Of a stretch of DNA of 64,000 nucleotides, positions 42,428 to 53,800 are shown one piece after another (the stretch's first letter is position 1; every line of letters begins with the position of its first letter). The translations under genes were made by a program, and so were the position numbers. The notes under the pieces are model-generated. The model was not told where the DNA came from. It worked only from the letters and a program-made list of their open reading frames with translations, and did no database searches. Source of the DNA: Obrimoposthia wandeli (Eukaryota); contig CDROCS010005513.1 of assembly GCA_977020255.1 (NCBI GenBank), positions 1 through 64,000 on the forward strand. The letters are read 5' to 3'.

Positions 42428-43039
42428 ATGATGCTTAGCCCTCTTTCACCTTTTTATTGCGCACACTGTATTCACTGCCGCCTGCCACAAACTCATTGCG
42501 TATGCCATAAGATCAAACAGGTTAAGCTGCCATTTAATATAATGCTGTGCTGTCATAGTAAAGAGTGGCAGCGTAATGATAATACGGGTCAATGGGCATT
42601 ATTGAGTAGTAAAGATATTCGCCGTATACGATGGCACCGTAAACCTGAACTGATATCCCCAGCCTTAACACCTACAGACCTCACAGAAAAAGCAGGGCAT
42701 TATTTATTATTCCCCAGTGATGACGCACAAGACATTCAGCAGCTACTACACAGTACGACACAGCCGATAAAACAGTTATGGGTTATTGATGGCACCTGGC
42801 AAGAAGCGCAAAAAATGCTGCGACAAAGCCCTTGGTTAAAAGCACTACCGAAAGTCAAAATTGAGGCCCGACAAGAACAGCCTTTAGAAAGCCATTTTCA
42901 ACTGCGTCGAAATCAGCAAGGTTTATGCACCCTAGAAGCGATCGAGGCCGCGGTGGTTGTACAAGCACCTTTAGCCGCGCAAGCACTGAAAAGAAACTTT
43001 CATCTCTTTCAAAATACCCTACTGGGTTTGTTGCGCTAA
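42428..43039 (+). CDS. DTW-domain tRNA-uridine aminocarboxypropyltransferase
   Basis: N-terminal CxxC...CVC, HSKE, NTG, LLFP, IDGTWQEA, LCTLEA. Confidence 0.88.
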   Translation: MMLSPLSPFYCAHCIHCRLPQTHCVCHKIKQVKLPFNIMLCCHSKEWQRNDNTGQWALLSSKDIRRIRWHRKPELISPALTPTDLTEKAGHYLLFPSDDAQDIQQLLHSTTQPIKQLWVIDGTWQEAQKMLRQSPWLKALPKVKIEARQEQPLESHFQLRRNQQGLCTLEAIEAAVVVQAPLAAQALKRNFHLFQNTLLGLLR

Positions 43040-43109
43040 CAGCCTCCTGCTATCATGCCTTGGATTTATTTTTTCCATTTATTTTTAGCTTACTATTTAG
43101 AGATTTTAC

Positions 43110-45035
43110 ATGTCACATTCAACACTTTTTAATAAGCGATCGCCCTACAGTCGATCACTCTACCCCAAGCGCGCAATAAGCTATTGCCTGACATCGGTCC
43201 TATTAATCAGTTTAACTGCCTGCCAATTTAACCCGCTAAAAACCGAGTCTGATATTGCGGTTCCTCACTATAGCCAAGAACAGCAAGATTTGGCGCAGCA
43301 GCAAGCTGAAACTATTTTTCAGCAATACTACCAATACCAAATAGATTCTAGCCCTGTACTGCGCAGTACCTTAGCCATGCCTGGGCAATTTGAATGGGAT
43401 GATATCTCGGCTCTCGCGCAGCAAGAATACATTGAAAGCATACAAGAGTTTCGCCAACAACTGATCGAACTTGAACAAGGCGCTCTCAACGCAGACAACC
43501 GTTTATCTTATGAATTGCTCTTACACCATATTGAACAAGACTTACTCTTCGTTCCCTTCGAACACCACAGTTATGCGCTATCACAAATGGGTGGCTGGCA
43601 TACTCGCGTTCCCAACATATTGATTAACTATCAAAGCATTAACAATATTCAAGAAGCCCATGATTACATTGAACGTATCAAGGGGGTTCGCCATCTATTC
43701 AGAGATTTAATTAATCGTTTAGAAGAAGCCGAAGCCGCGGGAATAATGGCTCCTCAGTTTGTCTATCCCTATATTATCGATGCAGCACAGAACGTCATTA
43801 AAGGGGCTCCTTTTAACGATCAGGGCACGAGTCCTATTTGGGAAGATTTTAATAAAAAAATCGCGGCTTTAAATCTATTTGCCAGTAGCGATAAGGTACT
43901 TCATAAAAAGGCCGAAAGCGCACTAGAGAAATCATTATTACCTGCTTATAACGACCTCATTACCTTTTTACAGCAACAAGCTTTGCGCGCACCCAAGCAA
44001 CAAGCGGCAAAAGATTTACCGCAAGGAGAAGAGTATTACCAACTTTTGTTGCAAAGCCATACCACCACCAACCTCAGTGCTGAAAAAATACACCAACTAG
44101 GCTTAACAGAAGTCGCCCGTATTCAGAATAAAATTCGTCTTTTAATAAAACCTTTAGGCTACCCTGCAGCTGAAGTCGAAGATGTTGATATCAATCAATT
44201 GGATTTAAAAACCTTCTTTACCTGGATGGAAGATAACGCAGAGCGTTTCGAGCAAGACCCTCAAGGGGAAAAAGATTTTGTAGCTTATCAAAGAGACAAG
44301 GTATCAGCGATGTCGATGCGCCTACATCAAAGTTTTTCACAGCTGCCAAAAACACCCATTATTGTTCGCCCAGTGGCTAAATATCGTCAGCAAAGCGCAC
44401 CCATCGCATTTTATGAACAGCCACCCTTGGATGGCTCACGCCCAGGCTTTTATTATGTGAACCCCGCGCGCCAGCACGATTTACCTAAATACAGATTAGC
44501 AGCACTGGCCTATCACGAAGCCTTACCGGGGCATCACATGCAGATTGCATTAGCGCGAGAGAATCAAAGTCTTGCTAGCTTCCGTCGATTAATGAGCTTC
44601 ACCGCTTTCAGTGAAGGCTGGGGTTTGTATGCCGAAAAACTCGCGGATGAAATGGGTGGCTATACCTCAAACGAAGAGCGTTATGGCCAGTTAATTATGG
44701 AGCTATGGCGAGCCGTACGCTTAGTACTTGATACAGGCTTACACTCAAAAGGCTGGAGCATAGAACAAGCATTAGAATATCGCTTAGCTAATACCCCGTT
44801 TTCTGAACAAGATTCCATCCATGCCATTGAGCGCTATTTAGTTATGCCAGGGCAAGCGACCAGTTATAAAATTGGTGCATTAGAAATCGAACGTTTAAGA
44901 CGCAAGTCAGAAAAGACTCTTGGCAAACGCTTCTCTTTACCCGAATTTCACCAAGTCATTCTAGGTCAAGGGGCTTTGCCTTTGGATATTCTGGAGCAGC
45001 AAGTTGATCGCTGGCTTGAACTGAAAAGCCGTTAA
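43110..45035 (+). CDS. DUF885-family lipoprotein (metallopeptidase-like)
   Basis: Lipobox LTAC, YHEALPGHHMQ, FSEGWGLYAE, LVLDTGLH, PGQATSYKIG. Confidence 0.88.
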   Translation: MSHSTLFNKRSPYSRSLYPKRAISYCLTSVLLISLTACQFNPLKTESDIAVPHYSQEQQDLAQQQAETIFQQYYQYQIDSSPVLRSTLAMPGQFEWDDISALAQQEYIESIQEFRQQLIELEQGALNADNRLSYELLLHHIEQDLLFVPFEHHSYALSQMGGWHTRVPNILINYQSINNIQEAHDYIERIKGVRHLFRDLINRLEEAEAAGIMAPQFVYPYIIDAAQNVIKGAPFNDQGTSPIWEDFNKKIAALNLFASSDKVLHKKAESALEKSLLPAYNDLITFLQQQALRAPKQQAAKDLPQGEEYYQLLLQSHTTTNLSAEKIHQLGLTEVARIQNKIRLLIKPLGYPAAEVEDVDINQLDLKTFFTWMEDNAERFEQDPQGEKDFVAYQRDKVSAMSMRLHQSFSQLPKTPIIVRPVAKYRQQSAPIAFYEQPPLDGSRPGFYYVNPARQHDLPKYRLAALAYHEALPGHHMQIALARENQSLASFRRLMSFTAFSEGWGLYAEKLADEMGGYTSNEERYGQLIMELWRAVRLVLDTGLHSKGWSIEQALEYRLANTPFSEQDSIHAIERYLVMPGQATSYKIGALEIERLRRKSEKTLGKRFSLPEFHQVILGQGALPLDILEQQVDRWLELKSR

Positions 45036-45045
45036 TAACAGGCAC

Positions 45046-45075
45046 AAAAAAAGGGCTTCAATAGAAGCCCTTTTT
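45046..45075. terminator. Bidirectional intrinsic terminator
   Basis: AAAAAAAGGGCTTC-AATA-GAAGCCCTTTTT between convergent genes. Confidence 0.8.
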
Positions 45076-45128
45076 CTTATATTTAAAATTACTTAAGTTT
45101 TAAATATCTTAAGTTTTTAATCAGTAGC

Positions 45129-47132
45129 CTAGTCAACTGAGTCAGACAAGTTGAACTTCACTTCACGTAATACTGGCGTAATGCTAGCAATCGTGACAGT
45201 CACAGGCTGCTCTAGGCGATACGTCTTTTCACCGTGTTTATGAGTCATGGTTTTTGTATCAAATTTCCATTCTTTATTACGACGAACATCCACCTGACCT
45301 TCAATACCATTACCCTCCAAGCGCACAGTAAAACCACCACTGTTAACTTGCACGATTTGCCCCTCTCGCTTTAAGCCTTCTTTGCTGACGCTATTCGATT
45401 CTTTTTCTAAAGCAAACTGACGCTGCAACCATTCAGCTTTTAACCACTGATCAGACTGCCAAGCCGCCATACGACTGTTGTTTTGCGCTTTACCCAATTG
45501 CTCTAAAACATCATCAGCAATCACATCCATCTTACTATCAAACAAATAGGACTTAACCAAACGATGGACTAGCAAATCATTGTACTTACGAATAGGAGAC
45601 GTGAACGTTGTATACGCAGGTAAACCCATACCCACATGCGGCTTAGCATCGGTACCAAACTTACTACGCTCTAGCTGACGCGCCAAAATTGCCTGTAAAG
45701 GCAGTTCAAACTTACTGCCTTCAGCATCCGGATTACCAGCAGCGATAATCTGCTGAATCTCAATAAAACCTTCCAGTGTGGATATTTTTTCTGGATTGGC
45801 AATATTCAACTGCTCTTTCACCAACGCGCGCGCTTCACCTTGACGCTCAGAACGAATGCCTGCGTGCTGAATAAATAAACCATGTTCTTTTTCTGCTAAG
45901 AAATCAGCGACGCTGCGATTCACCGCAACCATGCTTTCTTCAACCAGCTTATGAGCAACATTACGCTCGGAAGAAACTATTTGATCAATTTTACCTTGAT
46001 CATTTAAAAATGCTTTGTATTCAGGGCGATCATCTAAGACTAGGTTATGCTTACGGCGATAACCATTCAAGGCAAGAGAACAAAGATTTAATTCGTTTAA
46101 TACCGGCTTAATCGACTCGCTAATTTGCTCATCGGTAGAGGCTTCGTCATTAAGAAAAGCCGCCACTTGGATATAACTTAATTTAGCTTTTGATTCGATC
46201 AAAGCGACTTCTAAGCGATAGTCAGTAATATCACCCTGTTCAGAAATGGCTAAATGACATACTAAAGCCGGTCGAACTTGATTCGGCAATAAGGAGAAAG
46301 CGCCTTCCGATAAAGCACTCGGCAACATAGGAATCATATTGTCGATAAAATAACTGGAAGTACTTCTACGTAATGCTTCTTTATCCAAATCTGAGCCCGG
46401 CTTAATCGCACAGCTAGGATCTGCAATTGCTACCTGTAAAGACCAACCAGAATCTGTTTTTTGACACGACAACGCATCATCTAAATCGCGGCTCATTGCC
46501 GAGTCAATCGTCAACCAGGTTGTTGCGGTTAAATCAATGCGCGGTTCTGCTGCAGTCGCTTGATCCATCACTGATAATAAAGCTTGAGCTTCATTTTGAC
46601 AGTCTTCTGAGAACTCACCGGCCAAGTCCCATTTACGGACCATCATATTACTTTCAATTTGACGATCACTGGTCTGGCCGATGACATCAATAACTTGAGC
46701 TTGAACCTTACCGTGTGGATAAGGATGCTGAGAAATTTTACAGCCGACTAAATCGCCATTTTTAGCGCCATTACGCTGAGCAGGCGGTACAAATACCCAA
46801 CGGTTAAACGTTGGGTGATCAGGAGATATAAAGTGCCCCTTACCCTTAACGATATATTGGCCAATGAACTCATCTTGAGACGATGAAATTAGCTTCTCGA
46901 TGATCGCCTGGCTTTTGCCATCTTTGGTCTCTTCGACCTTAAACGCGATCACATCCCCAGACAAGACTTTATCCATCTCATCAGGGCTTAGAAAAAACTG
47001 TTGGTTATCGTCAGTATTCACGAAACCATAGCGACCGCCAGTAGCGCGTACCTTGCCCTCATGACGAGGAATACTGGAGTGAATTTCTTGTTTTAGAGAC
47101 TTAAGTTGAGACAGTGCATCGAGATTTAACAT
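45129..47132 (-). CDS. rnb: Exoribonuclease II (RNB family)
   Basis: RNase II-like N-terminus (LKQEIHSSIPRHEGKVRATGGRYGFV), catalytic TIDSAMSRDLDDALS, YTTFTSPIRKYNDL, C-terminal S1. Confidence 0.8.
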   Translation of the reverse strand: MLNLDALSQLKSLKQEIHSSIPRHEGKVRATGGRYGFVNTDDNQQFFLSPDEMDKVLSGDVIAFKVEETKDGKSQAIIEKLISSSQDEFIGQYIVKGKGHFISPDHPTFNRWVFVPPAQRNGAKNGDLVGCKISQHPYPHGKVQAQVIDVIGQTSDRQIESNMMVRKWDLAGEFSEDCQNEAQALLSVMDQATAAEPRIDLTATTWLTIDSAMSRDLDDALSCQKTDSGWSLQVAIADPSCAIKPGSDLDKEALRRSTSSYFIDNMIPMLPSALSEGAFSLLPNQVRPALVCHLAISEQGDITDYRLEVALIESKAKLSYIQVAAFLNDEASTDEQISESIKPVLNELNLCSLALNGYRRKHNLVLDDRPEYKAFLNDQGKIDQIVSSERNVAHKLVEESMVAVNRSVADFLAEKEHGLFIQHAGIRSERQGEARALVKEQLNIANPEKISTLEGFIEIQQIIAAGNPDAEGSKFELPLQAILARQLERSKFGTDAKPHVGMGLPAYTTFTSPIRKYNDLLVHRLVKSYLFDSKMDVIADDVLEQLGKAQNNSRMAAWQSDQWLKAEWLQRQFALEKESNSVSKEGLKREGQIVQVNSGGFTVRLEGNGIEGQVDVRRNKEWKFDTKTMTHKHGEKTYRLEQPVTVTIASITPVLREVKFNLSDSVD

Positions 47133-47239
47133 TGAAACTTCTTCTACTGACGATTTGAAAAGAAGGAGTTTAATGGCTTAGAGCGGACTAAGCCAGCAAT
47201 TAACAAATAGTTGGCTAGAGTTAGCCCTTAGCAAGGGTA

Positions 47240-48139
47240 CTAATACTTCAAACTAGCGCCAATACGCCAATATCTACTCTGTTCAGGCGTTGCCTTAACA
47301 ACCGCTGCTGTCGCATCATAAGCTCTTACACGGCGATTACGCAGTTGGCCAAGCTCAGCATTGAACCATACCGAGCCACGCCAATGAAAATCAGCACCAA
47401 GGCCCAGCTGCCAGTTACGATACTGCAAACTCACTTCCTCTTGCGCTGTATCCGTTTTTATTTCTTCTTTCCATATCCCACCCGCAGGCTTAATAATCAA
47501 ATAGCTCTGCAACGTATTTGATAGATGATGCTTCACATTAATTTCAGGAAAACCTAATTCAACCCACGTCTGTTTTGATGCTTGCCAGCCCATACCTAAT
47601 ACTGGGCGTACGTCGTAATCACCAAAAGATCGATCTACGGTTAGGCCATATTGCCAAAAGCCACCGTTACTCCATAAACGTCGACCAATAACCGTAGCAT
47701 TGAGTCCAATATGATCCATACCGATATTGCCACCATCGGTCATTAAACCGGGTTCAAGATCAACCAAAAATAAGGTTTTTGCGTCCCGCTGCTGTTCATA
47801 ATGAACCGGCATTGATAACCAAATATATTCCTTTCGCGCCGCAGTAGCCCCGCGCCAATCGAATTCGGTAAGATCAAGATGAAAGTGAGAACTGAACGCT
47901 TCACTGCGCCGATCCTTTCGCTCTAAAGGTAAAGTCAAAGATTTTTGACTTGCCGCAAACTTCTGCCCAGGGCCAGATGCCAAAGAACTTAAGCTCTCAC
48001 CGCCAATGTAAACCCCAGCCTCCTGACCTTGCATATAAGGCCGCGCGGCTTGCACACCACCACTGATACTCAGAGCAGCCGCCAGCATAATCGCTGGCAT
48101 AACTAGGCTAGCGCTATTTATTTTCTTCATTTTCATGTT
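47240..48139 (-). CDS. Outer-membrane beta-barrel protein (DUF6268-like); start uncertain
   Basis: Signal peptide after MKKINS, amphipathic strands, terminal GASLKY. The ORF extends to 48214, but that part overlaps the upstream gene. Confidence 0.65.
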   Translation of the reverse strand, partial: NMKMKKINSASLVMPAIMLAAALSISGGVQAARPYMQGQEAGVYIGGESLSSLASGPGQKFAASQKSLTLPLERKDRRSEAFSSHFHLDLTEFDWRGATAARKEYIWLSMPVHYEQQRDAKTLFLVDLEPGLMTDGGNIGMDHIGLNATVIGRRLWSNGGFWQYGLTVDRSFGDYDVRPVLGMGWQASKQTWVELGFPEINVKHHLSNTLQSYLIIKPAGGIWKEEIKTDTAQEEVSLQYRNWQLGLGADFHWRGSVWFNAELGQLRNRRVRAYDATAAVVKATPEQSRYWRIGASLKY

Positions 48140-48782
48140 CATTAAATGTTTCTTGCACACTTGCATAACTGGCCAACGCACCTGTTTGTAGCTCATTTTT
48201 TCGCACCGTATCAAGCGCCTCGAAAACCTTTAAGACTTGCTCAAAGCCCTTAACTAGATCGGCCGGAGCATTGGTTTCCTTTAATATTTCAGTGTAGCCG
48301 CTAACAAACTCATAGGCTTCAGTTTCTTTGCGCCGTGAATCGGCCGTGCTCGCTTCATCCATTCTTTGCAGAACATCAACGGCTAGCATCAAGCTTTTAG
48401 CCCCCTCACTATCACCATCAACCGCTTCTCCCATGATGAAGTCATTGAGAAAGTGCACCGACTGACCAATTTGAGAAGTCGATTCATCAGCCTTAACCCC
48501 CCCCAGCGATCGGTATTCCGATTCATTAATAAAACCATCTTGATAAAGTCGTTCAGTGAGCGCTGGTATATCGGTGGATTTAACCGTGCCAGAAAAATAC
48601 TCGGCAGCGATCATGCCAAGCTTCGCGCCTTTATAAGACAAAGACACATTATCGCTAGAACTTGAGTGCGGTAGAGAGTCAACAATACGCTGCTGGCTGG
48701 TGGCTGTGCTGTCATTGGCAGGCTTGCCGTTGAGCATATTAAGCAAGCCTTGATAAGACGGAGCTTGGTTATTAATGTCCAT
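48114..48782 (-). CDS. Hypothetical acidic helical protein
   Basis: 222-aa ORF with AGGA RBS; no family recognised. Confidence 0.6.
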   Translation of the reverse strand: MDINNQAPSYQGLLNMLNGKPANDSTATSQQRIVDSLPHSSSSDNVSLSYKGAKLGMIAAEYFSGTVKSTDIPALTERLYQDGFINESEYRSLGGVKADESTSQIGQSVHFLNDFIMGEAVDGDSEGAKSLMLAVDVLQRMDEASTADSRRKETEAYEFVSGYTEILKETNAPADLVKGFEQVLKVFEALDTVRKNELQTGALASYASVQETFNEHENEENK

Positions 48783-49064
48783 GAATGAATCCTAACTGAG
48801 TACGCATGTTCAGTACTCAGCAAGATACAGACCAACAAATATTAATTATTTATATTTCAATAACTTACAGAAGCACACCGCAGCAATAGAGGAATATTAT
48901 GAATAACAATCGAGGTTATGCGAGGGAATCTAGTGATACAGAAGGCAAGATAACGGTATAAGTGTCATTATCCTGCCGCTTTTTAAATTTAAACTGAATC
49001 AGTAGCGGCAAGTACTTGCCTCTACTGAACAAATAGCGCTCATCCTTCAATGAAGCAGCGCAGT

Positions 49065-50537
49065 TTAAGTCGTTTTATTCTCTTCTGATTTTTTAGTCGC
49101 TGCGGGGTTTTTAGTATCGCTCGATTTTTTGCTTTGTTTCGTCAACTTAGCGCGAATACTGTGCATGCCAAAATAAATGGAGAACAAGATAATCGGCATA
49201 GCAATGCCCGTCGCTATGTCTTTATTTACCGGAACACCAAACGCTTTCAATGCGTCAAAACCATAGCCCATAAGGGATAATGCGTAATAGCCAATCGCGA
49301 CTACAGATAAACCTTCAACTGTTTGCTGTAAACGTAATTGTAAATGACTACGGCGGTTCATCGAGGTTAATAAGTTTTGATTTTGTGCTTCAATCGAGAC
49401 TTCAACCCGAGTGCGCAATAAGCTTGTCGTACGGTGTATGCGTCGGGATAAATCTTCTAAACGATCTCGCACCGACTGACAAGTTTTGATGCCTGGGCTT
49501 AGTCGACGTTCCAAGAATTCTTGTAGCGACTGCACACCATCGATGTGAGATTCATGCAACTGATGCAAGCGATCTCCCACTAAGTCGTAATACGCATTGG
49601 TGGCAGAAAAACGGAAATTGGTATCCGATCGGTGCTGTTCAATATTTGCCGCTAATTGCGAAAGTTCTGATAATAATAAACGCTCATCATCTTCGCTGCG
49701 AATATCAGCAATACGCTGATTAAGCACCGCAAGATCTTCTTCTATTTGCGTAATTTCGGGGTTCAATTCACGTGCAATGGGGAGGCCTAATAATGACATT
49801 AAGCGATAGGTTTCAATCTCAATTAAACGCTGAACTAAACGCCCTTTTTGATAAGGGTTCAGCTTGTTGCCATGAGCGACCATACGGCCAAAGCCATCAC
49901 TGTGCAGTTTAAAAGCTGTCCAAGCGGCACCTCGCTCAAATGCTACTCTAGCTCCGTTCCAACGCTGGCCTTCAAACCACTTATGAAGTTCTTCGTCACT
50001 CGGCTCATGCTCAATCAGAGCCATGTGAAGGGCAACGACTACATTACCTGGAATGGTTGCAAGCCAGTCTTTAGGAATAAATGACAACGCATCCGATGAA
50101 AACGGCTCGACCTTAGGGCAAATAAAGGTAAAGTTGGCGAACTCTAAATGACGTTCCCAGCGTAGTTCGAAACCGCCAAAATCCATATATAAACAAGAAG
50201 AATCTGCTGCTGGTGCTGGCATACTAAAACGCTTGCACAAATCAACAACGTGCTCGTAGACCGCTTGCTTAGCATCACCAAACATCACCGTAAAATGAGT
50301 AATTTGGCAAGCACCGTCAATCATCGGTGAAGGACGGTTATGCAGCTCTTCATATAAAGCAGAGCGCCAAGGATGAACTTGCAAGGTAATGACAGGAGCA
50401 GAAATATCTGGGGCAGAGCTTTCTTTAATAACAGACTCGTGCGCAGATTCTATAGAACTTCCTTGAGCACTGCTCTCAGAAGCTTTAGTTTGCAGTAACT
50501 CAGAAGTAGACTGCTGTCCTGGTATTAACGTAGTCAT
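49065..50537 (-). CDS. DUF3422-family membrane-anchored protein
   Basis: ELHNRP, LRWERHLEF, GRLVQRLIEIETYRLMSLLGLP, FSATNAYYDLV, RLQQTVEGLSVVAI, two C-terminal TM helices. Confidence 0.85.
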   Translation of the reverse strand: MTTLIPGQQSTSELLQTKASESSAQGSSIESAHESVIKESSAPDISAPVITLQVHPWRSALYEELHNRPSPMIDGACQITHFTVMFGDAKQAVYEHVVDLCKRFSMPAPAADSSCLYMDFGGFELRWERHLEFANFTFICPKVEPFSSDALSFIPKDWLATIPGNVVVALHMALIEHEPSDEELHKWFEGQRWNGARVAFERGAAWTAFKLHSDGFGRMVAHGNKLNPYQKGRLVQRLIEIETYRLMSLLGLPIARELNPEITQIEEDLAVLNQRIADIRSEDDERLLLSELSQLAANIEQHRSDTNFRFSATNAYYDLVGDRLHQLHESHIDGVQSLQEFLERRLSPGIKTCQSVRDRLEDLSRRIHRTTSLLRTRVEVSIEAQNQNLLTSMNRRSHLQLRLQQTVEGLSVVAIGYYALSLMGYGFDALKAFGVPVNKDIATGIAMPIILFSIYFGMHSIRAKLTKQSKKSSDTKNPAATKKSEENKTT

Positions 50538-50796
50538 TCACAAACTTTCCATACAAATAGAAAGCGCATTTTACACGCTTAATGATGAAATGTTGAATTT
50601 TAGCGCTCTTTGTCACCTTCTTATTATGCTATTTTTGATTTATATCAGAGACTTAGCTAGGTGCCAGCCTTTAGTCAATGCCCAAATAAGCACTTTCTAA
50701 ACGGAACCTACCCTTTCATTCACAACGGCTCATTAAAAACTCATACTCCATTAATCATTAGATGAGTAAATGATTAAGTTGTTGTATTACAGCCAT

Positions 50797-50824
50797 AAAA
50801 AAACCCAGCTAATGCTGGGTTTTT
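50797..50824 (-). terminator. Intrinsic terminator closing the jetABC/mks operon
   Basis: AAAAAAACCCAGC-TAAT-GCTGGGTTTTT, about 30 bp past the ATPase stop. Confidence 0.8.
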
Positions 50825-50854
50825 AGGCGACTACTTCAACTAAGAAATAAAAAC

Positions 50855-53800
50855 TTAAGAAAACTCTTCCATAAAGTCGAGTCCTGCCTGATGGCGAATA
50901 GACTGTCTATGATTCGCCCAAAGTTCTTTAATACGATCTTGATTGCACTCCTGGCGATCAACCAATACTTTCGTCTGTAACTCCCCTTTTTTAACACCGT
51001 TTGCTAAGGGTACTTTACTGAAAACAAATTGGTTTGAAATCAAATCCATAAACGGACCGGCTTTACTGGTTGGCATAATAAACGACAACTGCAAGCCGAG
51101 TGCTTCGGTTAAATAGTTGATCACTTCTTTCGAACGTGTTTCATCCATTTTAGAGAAAGCTTCATCGACCAATACCGTACGCAAATGTGTATCGCCTTCA
51201 TTAAAACGGAACGCTGAAGTAATCGCCGCACTGCGAATGATATACGCTGGGGTTTCTAACTGACCACCAGAACCAGTACCGTATTGGCTTAACGCAATAG
51301 GATCTTTATTCAACGGCTGCTTATAAATTTCATACGCACGATAATTACGGTAATCAGAAATACGCTCAAGCTCTCGCATCGCTTTCACTTCGTCTTCATC
51401 TAATAGCATGGCCATAAGCTGATCACGAACCCGTTGTGAATTTTTACTCAAGCCAGCATCAAATAACGTCGCACCATCACCCAAGCTTGGAGATTTTATG
51501 ACTTCATCAAAGAACTGGAAATACTCTTTGTATTCCGGCACCCATTCCCAATCGAACCAATAACATTCTTTATCCGCACCAAATTTATGATGGGCCAGTT
51601 CTTTATTTAATTCTTCTAAAACACGTTTACCGTCATTAATCGACTGATAAATTGAATGACAAAGATTGGTCACAAACGCGTTATTAAAACTTTCTTTTAA
51701 GCCCGTTAATTTATCTTGTTTTTCAACCAAGATATTATTACGTAAGCGGTTATGCACACGATCGACTTCTCGCTGTAAGCCACATACATCTTTAAAGAAC
51801 AACACACCATGCTCTTCTCGATAATTAGGATCGTAAACAATCGCATCAATGGTCTGACACGTTTGGTTATGATCGGCAATATTGCGTTCAATTTCATGAA
51901 CCTTAGCGTTCATTTCGCTATAAACTGACTTGCGATGATTTTCAATAGAATCTGCTGGGCTATTAGCCGCGTCTTCATCGGCTTCTTTTAATCGCGCTTC
52001 AGCATCAAACTCAGGCCAAACACTAACAATCTTGCGTAAATTATCTTCTTTACCATCAGCAACATAAGAAGTTTCTTCTTGCTGATCACTTAATTTTTTA
52101 CATAAACGTTCACTATCTTTAAGCTGCTGCTCGATACGCCCTGTTGAACCATCTAATAATTGAATTTGTTGATCAAGCTCATCGCCTTTTTTCTTTAACA
52201 CAGCAAATTCTTCTTCAAGAGAAGAGAAATCAGAGAGATCTACTTTCGCCAATGCAGTTTCTGCTTGCTGAATTTTATAATGGGTCTCGAGCATCTCTTT
52301 GATCGAATTAGCAAATACCACATGGCGTAAGCTATTCACCGCGAACAAAATATCTTGTGCTTGCTTCGCACTGACCTGCGCATCATTCGCTTGATCAATC
52401 AAACTGCCAAATTCAGATTGCTTTGCCGCTAATGCTCGCTCGCGAGCACCTTGACCAAATACCAACTCCGCATCATTTAAATCACAACGATAGATAGAAT
52501 AAGAACCACTACCCAGCCCTTCTTTTGTGACACCACGACGTGTTTGACGCAACGCGGTCACGTCACGTACTTGCTCAACGGAGCCATAGCTCGCTTGTAA
52601 ATAATGACGCGCCGTCGCATGTTCAAATGACATCAAGTTGATGATTGAGTTATCCGCTAACTTCATGCGGTCGCAATCTTTTTTCGCCTTGCTACCTTGA
52701 ACAACACGAGCACGACTGCCGCCTTGGATTGAACGTACGATACGCGCAGCTTCAGCTTCATACTCTGATTCAACAATAATACTGAAACGAGCGCCGCCAA
52801 TATAACCTTCTATCGCGCTTTGCCAATCAGGATCAGTAATCTCAACGTAATCGGCTAAAACACACGGCTCTGCTTGTGGACATTCACGACGAATAGTTTC
52901 CAGTGCAATGCGCACGAAATGCGGATAGTTAAGCTCGCGAGCTTCTAAGCTATCAATATCATTTTGCTTTTGTGCTATTTGACGCTGAACTTGTTGAACT
53001 TTCTGCTCACGACGATCCACCAGCTTCGCTAGTTGATCGCGCAATGGAATACCAGAACTTTCTAGCTCACCACTGTACCAACGCTCTCGCCATTGATTCA
53101 TCAGTTGTTGATTTTGCTGAGCCGTTTCTAAATGAGCTTCTAACGGACTAAGATCAACCCAGTCTTTACCTAACAAGGTAGGGAAATCGACTGCACCTTC
53201 ACTGGCAATAGCGGCAACATTTTTCGCCATATCGATCAGCTTGCGCTGACCTAGTGAGGGTAAATCAACCGAGATAGTTGATTTCTGTAACGACTTATAA
53301 AGCGTCTCAGTTGCCTGCAAAGAAAACTGCGATGCCTTATCTTGCTCTAATAACAACATAGCTTGCTGCTGTAGCTGTGCTTTACCCGATTCAACTTTTT
53401 GCTCACACTTATCTTTATCCTGCAGTGCATCAATGCCTAAGCGCTGAGCTTCCATGGCAATAAGTTGTTCACGTAATTGGCTGCGTCGATCTTGAGATTG
53501 CTCACGGTCTTGCTCTGCACCAGATAAATCATCACGTAAATGTTGCTGCTTTTCTTTAGCTTTTAAATAAACCTGCTGGTCATTTAAAAAACGACTTTTT
53601 GCAGCGGTATATTCAAGTACGTTATAATCGATCCATTGATCAATATATGTTTTTGCCGTCAGTTTCGTCGAACTTAAAACATTAATGGTTTCTTGCAAGC
53701 GCTTAGCATCAGATTCCATTGAATAAATGGTTTTCATCAAGTCAGATACTGAGCGAATAGCATCACCCAAATCTTTCTTTTCTAAAATCTCATTGGCCAC

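Noticed and set aside
7475-43039. Dedicated RNA-modification island (radical SAM, mnmH, rluB, yciO, mnmC, DTW)
   Set aside because: The genes are scattered over 35 kb in separate, mostly well-known operons; coincidence in core genome is sufficient.
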